This document shows, piece by piece, positions 1-8,748 of a DNA stretch of 43,927 nucleotides. The DNA comes from a virus (Duplodnaviria; Caudoviricetes), in the IMG/VR virus record IMGVR_UViG_3300048895_000218, positions 1 through 43,927 of that record. One strand, 5' to 3'. The translations under genes were made by a program, and so were the position numbers. Every line of letters starts with the position of its first letter. The first letter of the stretch is position 1. The notes beneath the pieces were generated by a model. The model had not been told where the DNA came from. It made no database searches and saw nothing but the letters and a program-made list of their open reading frames with translations.

Positions 1-127
1 CCGAGGAGCGGCACGAGGTTTCTGAGCCCGCGCGCCTCCAGGCACTGCTTCATGATGGCGTGGATCAGGGCGATGTTGGCCTGGAGCTGCGGCACCTTCT
101 TGAAGAGGTCGAGCGCTTCGTCCGCCT
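1..127. repeat. 127-bp terminal overlap, identical to 43801-43927 (circular assembly)
   Basis: Exact identity of both ends; falls mid-portal gene; 127 is a common assembler k-mer length. Confidence 0.97.
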
Positions 128-2090
128 CGCCGACGCGTTGTGCTTGCGTCGCAAAGCGCATGTCGGCCTTGATCTCGATTTGGTAGTTCCGCTCGTACAT
201 TTCACGCCCAATTTTGAAGGGCGGCTCCATGCCGAGCGGGATGAGGTTGGCCTCCATTTGGAAGAGCTGCTCTTCGGGCAAAAAGCGGCTGTTCAGGTAG
301 GCGTTGTTCTTCAGTACTTGAGTGAGTACTTGGCGCGCGTAGCTGCCAGTCGTGACGCTGAGCTGTTTGGTCGCCTGCTCGATGCGTGCGGCGATACCGC
401 GCGCGGTTTCACCCGATTTGCCCGATTCGCCAGAAAGCACGGCGGGACCCTGGATGGAGCTCTCAGCCGATTTCTGCATCAGCTCGACGACAGTCATGAG
501 GGCGGGGTTCGGGTCGCCGAATCCGAACGGGACGAGTCCGTCCTTGAGCTCGGCGGGCGAAAGCCCGGTCGCGTTGTTGATGGCGCCCGGGGCGATGATG
601 AACTGCCCGTCTGCGTTCCAGGTGACGCCGCCTGCTGTGAGTAGTCCCTTGCAGTTGGCGAGCGTTGCCGAGTCGATGAACTGCGAAAGCGTGGTGTTGG
701 CTGCGCGCTGGAAATCCGCCTGCATGCAGCCGTAGCCGAGGCCGAGGTTGCCGTGCGCGGGCTCGACGCACACGCCGTGCACAAACAAATGGATCGGCTG
801 CTTGTCGGGCTGCTTCGGAGCTTCGTCCGGATCGTCCGGGTTCTGCATCCACTCGGGCGCCAATGGCGGCGGAGGCTTGTGCTGTTCGAGCTCTTGGAGC
901 GCCGCGAGCGTCTGCTCGGGGCCAGCTGCGCCTTGCGCTGCGGCCTCCCCGATCTGCGAGATGGTGTAGTTGTGCTCTTCGAGCGCTACCCGATGCGCCT
1001 CCTGCTCGGCGCGGAACTTCGCCAGTTCGTCGAGCTGGCGCTTGTACGCTGCCTTATCCTGCCAGGGCGCCTCTTCGTGGATGGTGAGCCGGAAGACGTG
1101 GCGCGTCTCGTAGTCGACGATGGCCTGCACGAAACGCTGGCGCTCTTGGTTCGGCAGGTCGACCCAGCCTTCGTACCAGAGGATTTTGCGTGGGGCTCCG
1201 TCGTCGGGGATTTCTTGCCCCATCGTCTCGGCGACGGAGCCTGCGATGAGCTGCTCGGGCTCGTTGTCGAATGAGTTGACGGGGCGATTGTCGGGGTCGT
1301 CGCCGAGCACCTTGTCGACGTCGACCCAGGCGTCGCGCATGGCCTCGATTTCGTGCGGGTACTTCATGTACACGCGCGTGTAGTGCGGCACGTCGGAGTA
1401 GTTCGGCATCGTCGAGGTGAACGTGAATGGCGTCACGAACTCGTCGGCGGTCAGACTCTCGTGGCGGTTCTGCTTGAGCCGCTCGTCGTAGTACGAGTGA
1501 AACGTCACGTCGCCGACCGTGAAGAAGTTCATCAGCCCGCGTGACTGCTGGCGGTAGAAGTCGGGGATTTCGTTTCGGAGCTGCCAGTTGCCGTGAAGGC
1601 TGAGCAGGGCTGCTTGGTCCTGGTCCTTCTGCCCGAGCGAGCTCACGCCGAACACGTTCGACATGTCAGCGAATAGCTCGCCGTACGCGCGGAACACGAC
1701 GCGCGTCAGGTTCTCCATCATGATCGGCACGTTCGCGTTGGCAGCGTTGGCGAACGGCCACTCCTTCGGCGGCAGGTCACCAGCGAACAGCTTCCAATCG
1801 GCCGCGATGCGCTTTCGACGCGCCTCGCTACCCTCATAGTCTTCGTCGAACTCATCGACGATTTTGTTGCCGAGCTTGGTGACGGCCTTCTCTCCGTCCG
1901 GATGCTTGGCGAAATCCACGGCCAGGTTCGTCGAGTCCTCGTCGTACACGAGCACGTCGGGTTTCGCGTCTTCGCCCAGGTCGTCTACCGAGTAGTCGTC
2001 TTGCGGGTCCGGCGTGGTGTCTGCGATTGGCTCCAGAGCCTCCTCAGTCGGGTTGTCGAGAGGCTCGGGTTCGTCTTGTTCGAATGCCAT
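1..2090 (-). CDS. Portal protein, 5' part (continues across the junction to 43530; 786 aa in total)
   Basis: Missing from the ORF track because it wraps. ATG at 2090 overlaps the terL stop (TGATG). Translation MAFEQDEPE...KEWPFANAANANVPIMME...NTTLSQFIDSATLAN resembles podovirus portals; lies directly after TerL. Confidence 0.85.
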   Translation of the reverse strand, partial: MAFEQDEPEPLDNPTEEALEPIADTTPDPQDDYSVDDLGEDAKPDVLVYDEDSTNLAVDFAKHPDGEKAVTKLGNKIVDEFDEDYEGSEARRKRIAADWKLFAGDLPPKEWPFANAANANVPIMMENLTRVVFRAYGELFADMSNVFGVSSLGQKDQDQAALLSLHGNWQLRNEIPDFYRQQSRGLMNFFTVGDVTFHSYYDERLKQNRHESLTADEFVTPFTFTSTMPNYSDVPHYTRVYMKYPHEIEAMRDAWVDVDKVLGDDPDNRPVNSFDNEPEQLIAGSVAETMGQEIPDDGAPRKILWYEGWVDLPNQERQRFVQAIVDYETRHVFRLTIHEEAPWQDKAAYKRQLDELAKFRAEQEAHRVALEEHNYTISQIGEAAAQGAAGPEQTLAALQELEQHKPPPPLAPEWMQNPDDPDEAPKQPDKQPIHLFVHGVCVEPAHGNLGLGYGCMQADFQRAANTTLSQFIDSATLANCKGLLTAGGVTWNADGQFIIAPGAINNATGLSPAELKDGLVPFGFGDPNPALMTVVELMQKSAESSIQGPAVLSGESGKSGETARGIAARIEQATKQLSVTTGSYARQVLTQVLKNNAYLNSRFLPEEQLFQMEANLIPLGMEPPFKIGREMYERNYQIEIKADMRFATQAQRVGEADEALDLFKKVPQLQANIALIHAIMKQCLEARGLRNLVPLL

Positions 2091-3610
2091 CAGCAAAGCT
2101 CCTGTCCGTAGCCGAGTTGCCCCGCGCGCTTCTGAAGCGGACCGACCTCTTCATCGTCCCACTCGGATTTGAGCGGACGCATCGGAGGGATCGCCGCCTT
2201 GCCCTTGGATGCGTACGCGCAGCCGTAGACGCACGAGTCGTAGGGATGGTCGTCGCCGCCATCCATCGGCTCCTCGGTGTTCTGCGGGTTCGTCTGAATC
2301 GACGGCAAAACCTGGATGATCCATTTGCACGAAGTGAAGAAGACGATGCCCGGGGTCTTCGTTTCCTCTTCGTGATCTGTCAGGCGCTTGATGAGATGCT
2401 GTGCGTTGGTCTGCCTGCTCTTCTTGTCGGCAGGCAGCCACATCACGCCCTTTTTGCGGAACGATTCGGCCTTGTTCTCGCCCGATTCGCCGCGCTGCTC
2501 CCAGAGCTGCGTGTCAGCGGGGCCAGTGATGCGTGAGCATTTTCCGCGCTCGTCCCAGAACCCGAGCAGCTCTTCCGTCGCCTGCACCATGGCCGCTACT
2601 TCGTCGGCGGTCTTGCCTTGGAAGCGCAGCTCGTAGATCACATACAGCGTGTTCTCGTCGTCGAGCGCGAACCAGTGAATGCAGCCGGGCGCTTTGAAGC
2701 CCCAGTCCATGGAGCGGAAGATGCGCCACTCACTGGACACGCGGAACGGCCGCACGATGTGCATGCGCTCCTTCCAGTACTCGGCGAAGAAGGAGCCGAC
2801 CGTGATGTACCAGTTGCCATCGAGCAAGGCCGCGCGGATGTGCGGCTTCTGCTTGAGCAGCTGAAGCTCGTACTGCGCGACGAACGCCTTGTTGGGGTTC
2901 ATCGACAGCTTCGCGGGCATGTACACCCACTTCGTGTAGGAGTGCGTGCCGTCCGCGCGCGTGAGCTTGCGCTTGAAGATGACGTTGCCCTCTCTGCACG
3001 GATCGACGAAACGCTTCCGTACCCAGTTGGCGTCCTTGACCGAGAAGCTCTCACCCTCGGTGCGCATGAGCGGATTGCTCATCGAGCGGATGCGCAGCAT
3101 CTTCGAAAGCACGGGATCGTCCGAGCGGAGGCGCGTGCTGATTTGGTCGTACTGCTCCTCCTCGAACCCTGTGAGCTCGTCGAAGTAGATCGCCGTGAAC
3201 GCCGACGACATGTACTGCTCGTAGTCGTGCGGGTCCTTGCAGTGGCCGAACTGGTATTTCAGCCCGCTGCTGAAGGTCCAAGTCGTCTCGCTCTCACTCC
3301 AGGTCGCGCCCGGATCGACAGCGCGGAACATCCGATGGCTGAGCGCGATGGTCTGCTTCAGCATCTTGACGGTGCGACGCAGATGCAAAGCCCAGCCGGC
3401 CGACGTTCCCCAGATGAGCGGGAAGGCGTGGTTCGGATCGGTGCAGCGCTCGTGCTCGACGGCCACCTGATCCATGATGTCCATGGTCAGGCACAGCGTT
3501 TTGCCGGGGCCTGCGCTGCCTGCTCCGAGCACCTCATCGATGCCTTGCCCCACCGTGTCGTGGAAAGCCTGCTGCCACTCGGATGGCCGATAGATGATGT
3601 CGTCGCTCAT
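2090..3610 (-). CDS. terL: Terminase large subunit
   Basis: Walker A GSAGPGKT, Walker B AIYFDE, nuclease motifs SMDWG and DDHPYD; likely start MSDDII at 3610. Confidence 0.95.
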   Translation of the reverse strand: MSDDIIYRPSEWQQAFHDTVGQGIDEVLGAGSAGPGKTLCLTMDIMDQVAVEHERCTDPNHAFPLIWGTSAGWALHLRRTVKMLKQTIALSHRMFRAVDPGATWSESETTWTFSSGLKYQFGHCKDPHDYEQYMSSAFTAIYFDELTGFEEEQYDQISTRLRSDDPVLSKMLRIRSMSNPLMRTEGESFSVKDANWVRKRFVDPCREGNVIFKRKLTRADGTHSYTKWVYMPAKLSMNPNKAFVAQYELQLLKQKPHIRAALLDGNWYITVGSFFAEYWKERMHIVRPFRVSSEWRIFRSMDWGFKAPGCIHWFALDDENTLYVIYELRFQGKTADEVAAMVQATEELLGFWDERGKCSRITGPADTQLWEQRGESGENKAESFRKKGVMWLPADKKSRQTNAQHLIKRLTDHEEETKTPGIVFFTSCKWIIQVLPSIQTNPQNTEEPMDGGDDHPYDSCVYGCAYASKGKAAIPPMRPLKSEWDDEEVGPLQKRAGQLGYGQELC

Positions 3611-3708
3611 TCGATGCCCCGGAGCACGGCGCACACGGCCACGACCATGCTGAACGTGGATGCGGCCACGAAGAGAACGAGCCCGGCAATTTTCAGCAGC
3701 TCAATCAT
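3607..3708 (-). CDS. 33-aa single-TM peptide MIELLKIAGLVLFVAASTFSMVVAVCAVLRGIE
   Basis: ATGA overlaps at both ends exactly fill the gap between 3705..3938 and terL; hydrophobic. Confidence 0.65.
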   Translation of the reverse strand: MIELLKIAGLVLFVAASTFSMVVAVCAVLRGIE

Positions 3709-3938
3709 GGCGTCGTCGAGTCTTTGATGGCGCCAGCCTTGGCGAGCGCCGTCAGCAAAAGCGTGAGCACCGCGGCCGTGGCGGCGCTGCGCGAACCCGT
3801 AATGACGGGCGGCTCGATGGGCGCGAGCTTGTCGACCAGATCGCCCGTTTGGCGAATGTACGGAATCACCTCGCGCTGCATCGAGATGAGCAGCGTGTCC
3901 TTTTCGAGCGAACGGGTAGTGAGCTGCTTACGCGCCAC
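3705..3938 (-). CDS. Hypothetical protein, 77 aa
   Basis: Coupled within the late operon; amphipathic C-terminal helix. Confidence 0.7.
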   Translation of the reverse strand: MARKQLTTRSLEKDTLLISMQREVIPYIRQTGDLVDKLAPIEPPVITGSRSAATAAVLTLLLTALAKAGAIKDSTTP

Positions 3939-4362
3939 TCTTGCCTCCCATGGCGCGCAAGATGGCCTTGTAGACGTCGCGGCGCGGGCCCGTTTTCGCC
4001 TTGGGGCCGTCGACCATCCAATCGCGACGCTGCTTTTCGGACAGGTCGATCCAGAGTCGCTGCGCGATGTCTACTTGACCGAGCGCGCGGCATACCTCCT
4101 TGTCGGCGACGAACGCCACCATTGCGATTTGGTGCATGCTGAAGAGCGGCACCTCGTCGACCATCTTTTTCCACTTGTGGAGCTCGTGCGTGGTGTCCTT
4201 CGCCATCGCACGGTCCCACTTGATGGCAGGCTTACCGTCGCGTGTGACGAGATAACCGCGGTCTCCAGTCTCCAGATGGATGAAGTACTCCCGCTTGTTG
4301 GGTGGTGGGTCATTGGCCTCCTCGCTGTTCGGGGAGCGGTTCAACGCAGTGGGAGCTTTCAC
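3928..4362 (-). CDS. Hypothetical protein, 144 aa
   Basis: GTG at 4362 overlaps the upstream stop (GTGA). Confidence 0.75.
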   Translation of the reverse strand: MKAPTALNRSPNSEEANDPPPNKREYFIHLETGDRGYLVTRDGKPAIKWDRAMAKDTTHELHKWKKMVDEVPLFSMHQIAMVAFVADKEVCRALGQVDIAQRLWIDLSEKQRRDWMVDGPKAKTGPRRDVYKAILRAMGGKSGA

Positions 4363-4847
4363 TCGCTCACCTCGCGTTCCTCGAACTGCGGGACAGCGGC
4401 GGCGTTGATGATCACCTTGCCGATGTTGAGAGCGGGAGCGGCGCCCTTCTCTGAGGCGTTGGCCTTGAGAATGCCGACGGCGATGGCGGCTGCCAGCTTG
4501 AGTCCGGCGGGAGCTTCGGAGTTGGGGCGCCACGCCGCCTTAGCAATGCGATAGGCACGCTCGGCATCGATGGGCCCGAGGTCTTCTTCGAGGCGTTGGT
4601 AGTTGGGGTCCGCCTCTTTCGGGAGATGTTCGTCGATGTCGCGAAAGCGCATGGCGTCGCGCATGACGCCCATGGTCTCGGAGAGCAGCTCGTCGCGCAG
4701 ACCGATGAGCTTGTCCCGCTGCTCGCGCTTTTTCTGGAGCGGGTCCTTCTTCGGGACCAAAACCGGCGGGTCGTCGAAGTTCCCGAACGGCACCTTGTCC
4801 ACCGCCGACTGAGCCTTCTTGCCCTTCGTTGGTGATTTGGGGGCCAT
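4359..4847 (-). CDS. First late gene, 162 aa; possible terminase small subunit
   Basis: Position upstream of terL, size and helical character; no diagnostic motif. Confidence 0.45.
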   Translation of the reverse strand: MAPKSPTKGKKAQSAVDKVPFGNFDDPPVLVPKKDPLQKKREQRDKLIGLRDELLSETMGVMRDAMRFRDIDEHLPKEADPNYQRLEEDLGPIDAERAYRIAKAAWRPNSEAPAGLKLAAAIAVGILKANASEKGAAPALNIGKVIINAAAVPQFEEREVSE

Positions 4848-4920
4848 TCACCCCAGGATAGCTCAGGAGACGGCTGCTTGGGGGGTACGTCCCCCAGATT
4901 GTTTGACGTGTTAAGCTAGG
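4848..4920. promoter_or_regulatory. Divergent promoter region (late operon / 4928 gene)
   Basis: Minus-strand -10 TATCCT (4855-4860) lies 7 nt before ATG 4847; plus-strand TG-T-TAAGCT extended -10. Confidence 0.5.
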
Positions 4921-4927
4921 CCAAGCC

Positions 4928-5218
4928 GTGAAGCCCGTACGTCAACTGACCCGTCCGCGCGAACCAGCCCCTCGGAAGGAGGGGCTGATCAGTCACATCG
5001 AGCTGCGTGATTTCCTCGGAAATCCGGACAATCGGCATTGGAAGCAGCTGCTCAGGAAGGCGAACGTGGAGCTTCGCTGGTCGAAGACGCTGCTGCCTGG
5101 ACACGGCGAGCAGAACCGGCCGCACCGTTGCGGCCTGAACCGGAACCAAGTGATGCGAGTGCTCAGGGTGCGGTACGCGAGCGTGGGGGAGTACCGCATC
5201 AAGCGGTGGAAGCTCTAG
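4928..5218 (+). CDS. Hypothetical basic protein, 96 aa
   Basis: ORF downstream of a promoter-like sequence. Confidence 0.55.
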   Translation: MKPVRQLTRPREPAPRKEGLISHIELRDFLGNPDNRHWKQLLRKANVELRWSKTLLPGHGEQNRPHRCGLNRNQVMRVLRVRYASVGEYRIKRWKL

Positions 5219-5336
5219 CCACGTCAAACGCTTCGTGTTACATTCAGCCGGAGCCGGGTCGGTATGGTGTGCGGCGAGATGTCGTAACGTGGTCTATTTG
5301 GGGCCTCTTTGAAACAAACGGCCCGGTGCTTTCAAT

Positions 5337-5624
5337 ATGAACGGCGTTATCGTTGGCCGAAAAGACGTGCTCCCGAACGGCAAGGAGCTGGCAGTTTTGT
5401 GTACCATCGCTGAGCTCGAAGATGAGCTGGGCGCTCCTCCGCAGCAGACGGATGTTGCAGAAAGGTACGGGGTGACGCGCCAGGCGATTCACTACTGGGT
5501 GAAGCGGCTACGGAAGAAGAACCTCGTGGAGGAGGGGCCGGGTGCTGGGCACACGATGGGGAGCTTGGCGCCGCCAATCAAGATCACGCGGCAGGGCCGC
5601 TACTTCATCGAAGCGTCGCGGTGA
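5337..5624 (+). CDS. Winged-helix regulator (LexA N-terminal domain-like)
   Basis: ELGAPPQQTDVAERYGVTRQAIHYWVKRLRKKNLVE. Confidence 0.75.
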   Translation: MNGVIVGRKDVLPNGKELAVLCTIAELEDELGAPPQQTDVAERYGVTRQAIHYWVKRLRKKNLVEEGPGAGHTMGSLAPPIKITRQGRYFIEASR

Positions 5625-5938
5625 TGCCAGGGCGCTACCCCTGGATTGTGCTTCGCGGCGTGGGTGAAATGCGCTGCGAGCGTTGCAACGGAACCTACGT
5701 GCCGACGTTGCCGGCATCGATGAGCGTGTACGCCGCGATATGCAGGGCGTTCGTGAGTGACCACTCCAAGTGCCTCAAGTCAAAGGCTGAGCGGCTTCAG
5801 GAAGCCAAAGAGAAGCGGCAGGCAAAGATTCGGGCCTCGCTGCCGAAAGTCTCCGATTTCACCGAGGCTGAGCTAGTGGAAGCGCGCAAGGCGCTCCGAA
5901 CTAGCGAGATTAAGCGGCGGATGAGAGACCGACCGTGA
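5621..5938 (+). CDS. Hypothetical protein with CxxC, 105 aa
   Basis: Coupled to the upstream gene. Confidence 0.65.
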   Translation: MMPGRYPWIVLRGVGEMRCERCNGTYVPTLPASMSVYAAICRAFVSDHSKCLKSKAERLQEAKEKRQAKIRASLPKVSDFTEAELVEARKALRTSEIKRRMRDRP

Positions 5939-6150
5939 AGCCTAGCCGGTCACTTAGCCCCTTCTGCGGGCGGAATATGTGCCTAGCCACACCCGGCCGA
6001 ACGCGGCGAGACCGGAAGTGGACGGCCCGCATGGAGCAGCACGTACGCAAGTGGCACAAGCGGCGGCGCGGCGATCATGGGCGATGGATGGCCCGGGGCT
6101 ACGCGCTGAGCCGCGAGCAAGACGACCCCGAACCGAGCTGGTGGCTCTAG
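5935..6150 (+). CDS. Hypothetical protein, 71 aa
   Basis: GTGA coupling. Confidence 0.55.
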   Translation: MKPSRSLSPFCGRNMCLATPGRTRRDRKWTARMEQHVRKWHKRRRGDHGRWMARGYALSREQDDPEPSWWL

Positions 6151-6349
6151 CCCCGGCCCGTCGTTCGCTTATCGGCTATAGGGGTCCTATAACCGAACGT
6201 GGCGGTGTATCGTACGGGGGTAGCGCGCTCAGATCGCTCGGTTGCTCGTGGGCGCGCGAAGGGAACCTGGTCGGTCGGGTTCAGCATTTGTGCCACCTGG
6301 CCCGCCGCTCCCAGGGCAAGCAATCGAGAGCGGCAATCCAGACTGGGGG

Positions 6350-6922
6350 CTACAGCCCCCGCTTCTCCGCAACCAACGAGTACCCGCCGCATTCACAGAG
6401 CGCGCAGAATACGCCCAGCTCGGTGGCAGTGTGGGCAGTTCCCAGGTGCCCGCATTCGCATCTGAGCGGCAAGTCATGACTCGGCGGCATCTTGAGCGAA
6501 CCGTCGGGGTTCTGAGCCAGGCGCGCCACCAGGGGCGGAGGCTCTGGTCCGGTCCCGGATTCCACACACGACGAGCAGCGCGGGTCATGGTCGGGCGAGC
6601 GATAGGGCTTGCCGCAGCCGAGGCAGAGAGCCGGCTCCCCCCACGGCTTCAGGTCAGCCGAACGCAGCGAGCAGTCCATCTTGTGATGGGGGCGCCGCTG
6701 GTGGCACTGCGGGCACTCGGACAAGACCACGCTCATCAGGCACGCCAGGTGATAGGGCGCATCCTTCACGCGATCCACGTCTACAAATGGCAGCACCACA
6801 CCCCGGTCACCCTCCGCAATCGGCACGCCGCACAAGCCGAAGCACATCGCTCCGACCGGCGTCTCGACGTGCGCAGCCTCCTCGCAGACGTGCGCTCCCC
6901 AGCTTTTGCCGAACCACTGCAT
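6350..6922 (-). CDS. Cys/His-rich multi-zinc-finger protein, 190 aa
   Basis: Several CxxC/CxC/H clusters; ATG 6922 immediately follows the 16-bp junction repeat. Confidence 0.7.
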   Translation of the reverse strand: MQWFGKSWGAHVCEEAAHVETPVGAMCFGLCGVPIAEGDRGVVLPFVDVDRVKDAPYHLACLMSVVLSECPQCHQRRPHHKMDCSLRSADLKPWGEPALCLGCGKPYRSPDHDPRCSSCVESGTGPEPPPLVARLAQNPDGSLKMPPSHDLPLRCECGHLGTAHTATELGVFCALCECGGYSLVAEKRGL

Positions 6923-6923
6923 G

Positions 6924-7139
6924 TCAGCCCCGCACCGACGGGCAGCCGTTGGGGGTAGCACCGCTGCACAGCAGTAGGCCCGCACGCTCGGCCGCTGCGT
7001 TCAGGATCGGCAATAGGTGTTGCAGGGTTTCGAGTTTGGTCCCTGTTTCGACCTTAGCCATCTCGGTCGCGGCCGAGATCAGAAAGTGCAGGTCGGGACG
7101 CCGAGCAAACGTCTCGATCATTTCTTCAGCGTCGACCAT
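6924..7139 (-). CDS. Hypothetical protein, 71 aa, ends SVRG
   Basis: ORF bounded by junction repeats. Confidence 0.65.
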   Translation of the reverse strand: MVDAEEMIETFARRPDLHFLISAATEMAKVETGTKLETLQHLLPILNAAAERAGLLLCSGATPNGCPSVRG

Positions 7140-7141
7140 CG

Positions 7142-7381
7142 TCAGCCCCGCACCGAAAGCGCGAACGCCAAGAGCTCAGCATGGACTCCGTCCAGCATGG
7201 CCAGGTCCTCCTCCGTCGGCTCAGTGCCCGGGTCGAGGCGAAGCATGGCCTGGGCGAACAGGTGAGCCGCACCCGCGAAGAAAGCCTTCCGCATCTCGAC
7301 AACCTGAACCGCCGAAGCATTGGCCGGAACCACGCTCTGTCGGAAGCCATCCCAACCCTGCTCGATGAGCCCCTTCGCCAT
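7142..7381 (-). CDS. Phage hypothetical protein, 79 aa, ends SVRG
   Basis: W..FR..VVP..A...Q..EMRKAFFAGA pattern recalled from small phage proteins. Confidence 0.75.
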   Translation of the reverse strand: MAKGLIEQGWDGFRQSVVPANASAVQVVEMRKAFFAGAAHLFAQAMLRLDPGTEPTEEDLAMLDGVHAELLAFALSVRG

Positions 7382-7394
7382 GAGCCAGCAGTAC

Positions 7395-7612
7395 CACGTC
7401 AACCGTTCGCTTGACAGCCTGGGGCATCAGAAAAATTGGGAGGGGTGGTCAGCCCCGCACCGACCGGGAGAGGTAGAGCCACAGCGAGCACGTTCCGGTG
7501 CCCGCTCCCAGCAAGAATCCAGCTACCAGGTGCATCAGCTCTGTGTGGGTCATGGCCCCCAAGATAGCACACGTCAACCGAACGCTTGACCTGAAGACGC
7601 CTCAAGAAAATT
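7395..7612 (-). promoter_or_regulatory. Duplicated promoter/operator module CACGTCAACCG(TT/AA)CGCTTGAC...AGAAAA(A)TTG
   Basis: GTCAA-N8-TTGAC palindromes at 7398-7415 and 7573-7590, each just upstream of a minus-strand ATG (7381, 7553). Confidence 0.6.
7449..7553 (-). CDS. 34-aa hydrophobic peptide MTHTELMHLVAGFLLGAGTGTCSLWLYLSRSVRG
   Basis: -10 TATCTT 7 nt before ATG; ends in the same SVRG repeat. Confidence 0.6.
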   Translation of the reverse strand: MTHTELMHLVAGFLLGAGTGTCSLWLYLSRSVRG

Positions 7613-7989
7613 GCCAGCGGTGGTGGCCCCCCGGCGAGGCCGCCGCCGCCTCCCCCTGGGGTGGGGGTCGTAGCAGTCTCGCGTCATCGGGGGCTGCATC
7701 CCCCAGTGGGGGCTGCACACCCCGAAGACCTGGGGGCTTGTCACCCCATGCCAACCTGATGGGGGCTGAAGCCTACAGGCTAGCGACCCCGTTACCTGAT
7801 TTCGCGGGGTTAGCAGTACCCAGGCAGGGAGATGTGGGGGCTGAGGGCCCCATCTCCACGTCAAGCACTCACGTCACCCAATCGGCTGGCCGAGAGGTCG
7901 GCGGCATGCGCCTCCGAGAGGGGAGACGGAGAGGAGAACCGCGCGACCCTGACAGGTTCCGGCCGGGCTTGTCAAGAGAGCATGTTTCG

Positions 7990-8026
7990 AGCCATGGTTA
8001 GTTGCGCGGTGCATCTAACCATGGCT
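7990..8026. terminator. 12-bp perfect hairpin after the 8037..8321 gene
   Basis: AGCCATGGTTAG / CTAACCATGGCT; no U-tract. Confidence 0.4.
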
Positions 8027-8036
8027 GCGAGGGGCG

Positions 8037-8321
8037 TCAGAATGGGCAGGCCGCAAGCTCACTGAGCGTGTCATTCGAGGGCTCGCCGTCCAGCATGGGA
8101 GGCGGACCGTACAGCTCCAGCGCGAGGCGTTCGGAGTGCTTGGGGTTAGCGGTGCAGCGGCCCGAGCCCTCGCGGTGCGCGTAGTGGTAGGCCGGGCACA
8201 AGCAGGTGCGGTTCCGGCGTGCATCCGTCCGACGGCAGCGCGGTCGGCCTGGGGTGCATTTGTGCTTTCCCCCCAGGCGGTCCGGGCTTGTGCATGTGCA
8301 CCCACGGATCGCGGTGCTCAT
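8037..8321 (-). CDS. Cys/His-rich hypothetical protein, 94 aa
   Basis: CLCPAYHYAHREGSGRC motif; ATGA coupling. Confidence 0.7.
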   Translation of the reverse strand: MSTAIRGCTCTSPDRLGGKHKCTPGRPRCRRTDARRNRTCLCPAYHYAHREGSGRCTANPKHSERLALELYGPPPMLDGEPSNDTLSELAACPF

Positions 8322-8539
8322 TGCGACACCCAACGGTTTGAGCATGCCGGGCGAGCGGCGGACTGCACGCGATAGGGCGGCAAGACCCGGCAGGTCTCGT
8401 CCGGAGCCTGGAAGGGGTCCGTTTCCTCGATCGAGATTTCGAGCCATTGCCGGCTAGCGGCCGCATTCGGCGTTACCACGGCGCGCGGTACGCCGTTCCA
8501 AGTAGTACGCCATACGAAAAAGCACTCTGATTTGGGCAT
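8318..8539 (-). CDS. Hypothetical protein, 73 aa
   Basis: Preceded by the early-type RBS AGAAAGAACCCC. Confidence 0.6.
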   Translation of the reverse strand: MPKSECFFVWRTTWNGVPRAVVTPNAAASRQWLEISIEETDPFQAPDETCRVLPPYRVQSAARPACSNRWVSQ

Positions 8540-8574
8540 TTGGGGTTCTTTCTGCCGGTTCGTTAGGCCGGCCC

Positions 8575-8710
8575 GCATTAGATACTATCTCCTTTCTAAT
8601 ACGTCAAACACTTTCGTTGACTTTAGTGACGATAGGAACGCCTGGGCAATAATCGACAGGCGGACAATCAAAGTGTTTGACTGGATTAGGCGGACGCATT
8701 AGAAAGGACT
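8575..8710. promoter_or_regulatory. Back-to-back sigma70-like early promoters
   Basis: Plus TTGACT(8677)-N17-TAGAAA; minus TTGACG-N17-TATCTA; 12-bp inverted repeat 8603-8614/8670-8681; AT-rich. Confidence 0.6.
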
Positions 8711-8748
8711 CTCCAGCCAGTGAGGCTGGCCCAAAAGGAACCCCGAAC

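Larger units (their letters stand above)
6923..7463 (-). repeat. Three copies of 16-bp TCGGTGCGGGGCTGAC (6923-6938, 7141-7156, 7448-7463)
   Basis: Exact repeats; each encodes SVRG-stop at a gene end. Confidence 0.9.

Noticed and set aside
6147-6392. Minus-strand 81-aa ORF
   Set aside because: No clear start or RBS and no motif; left uncalled.
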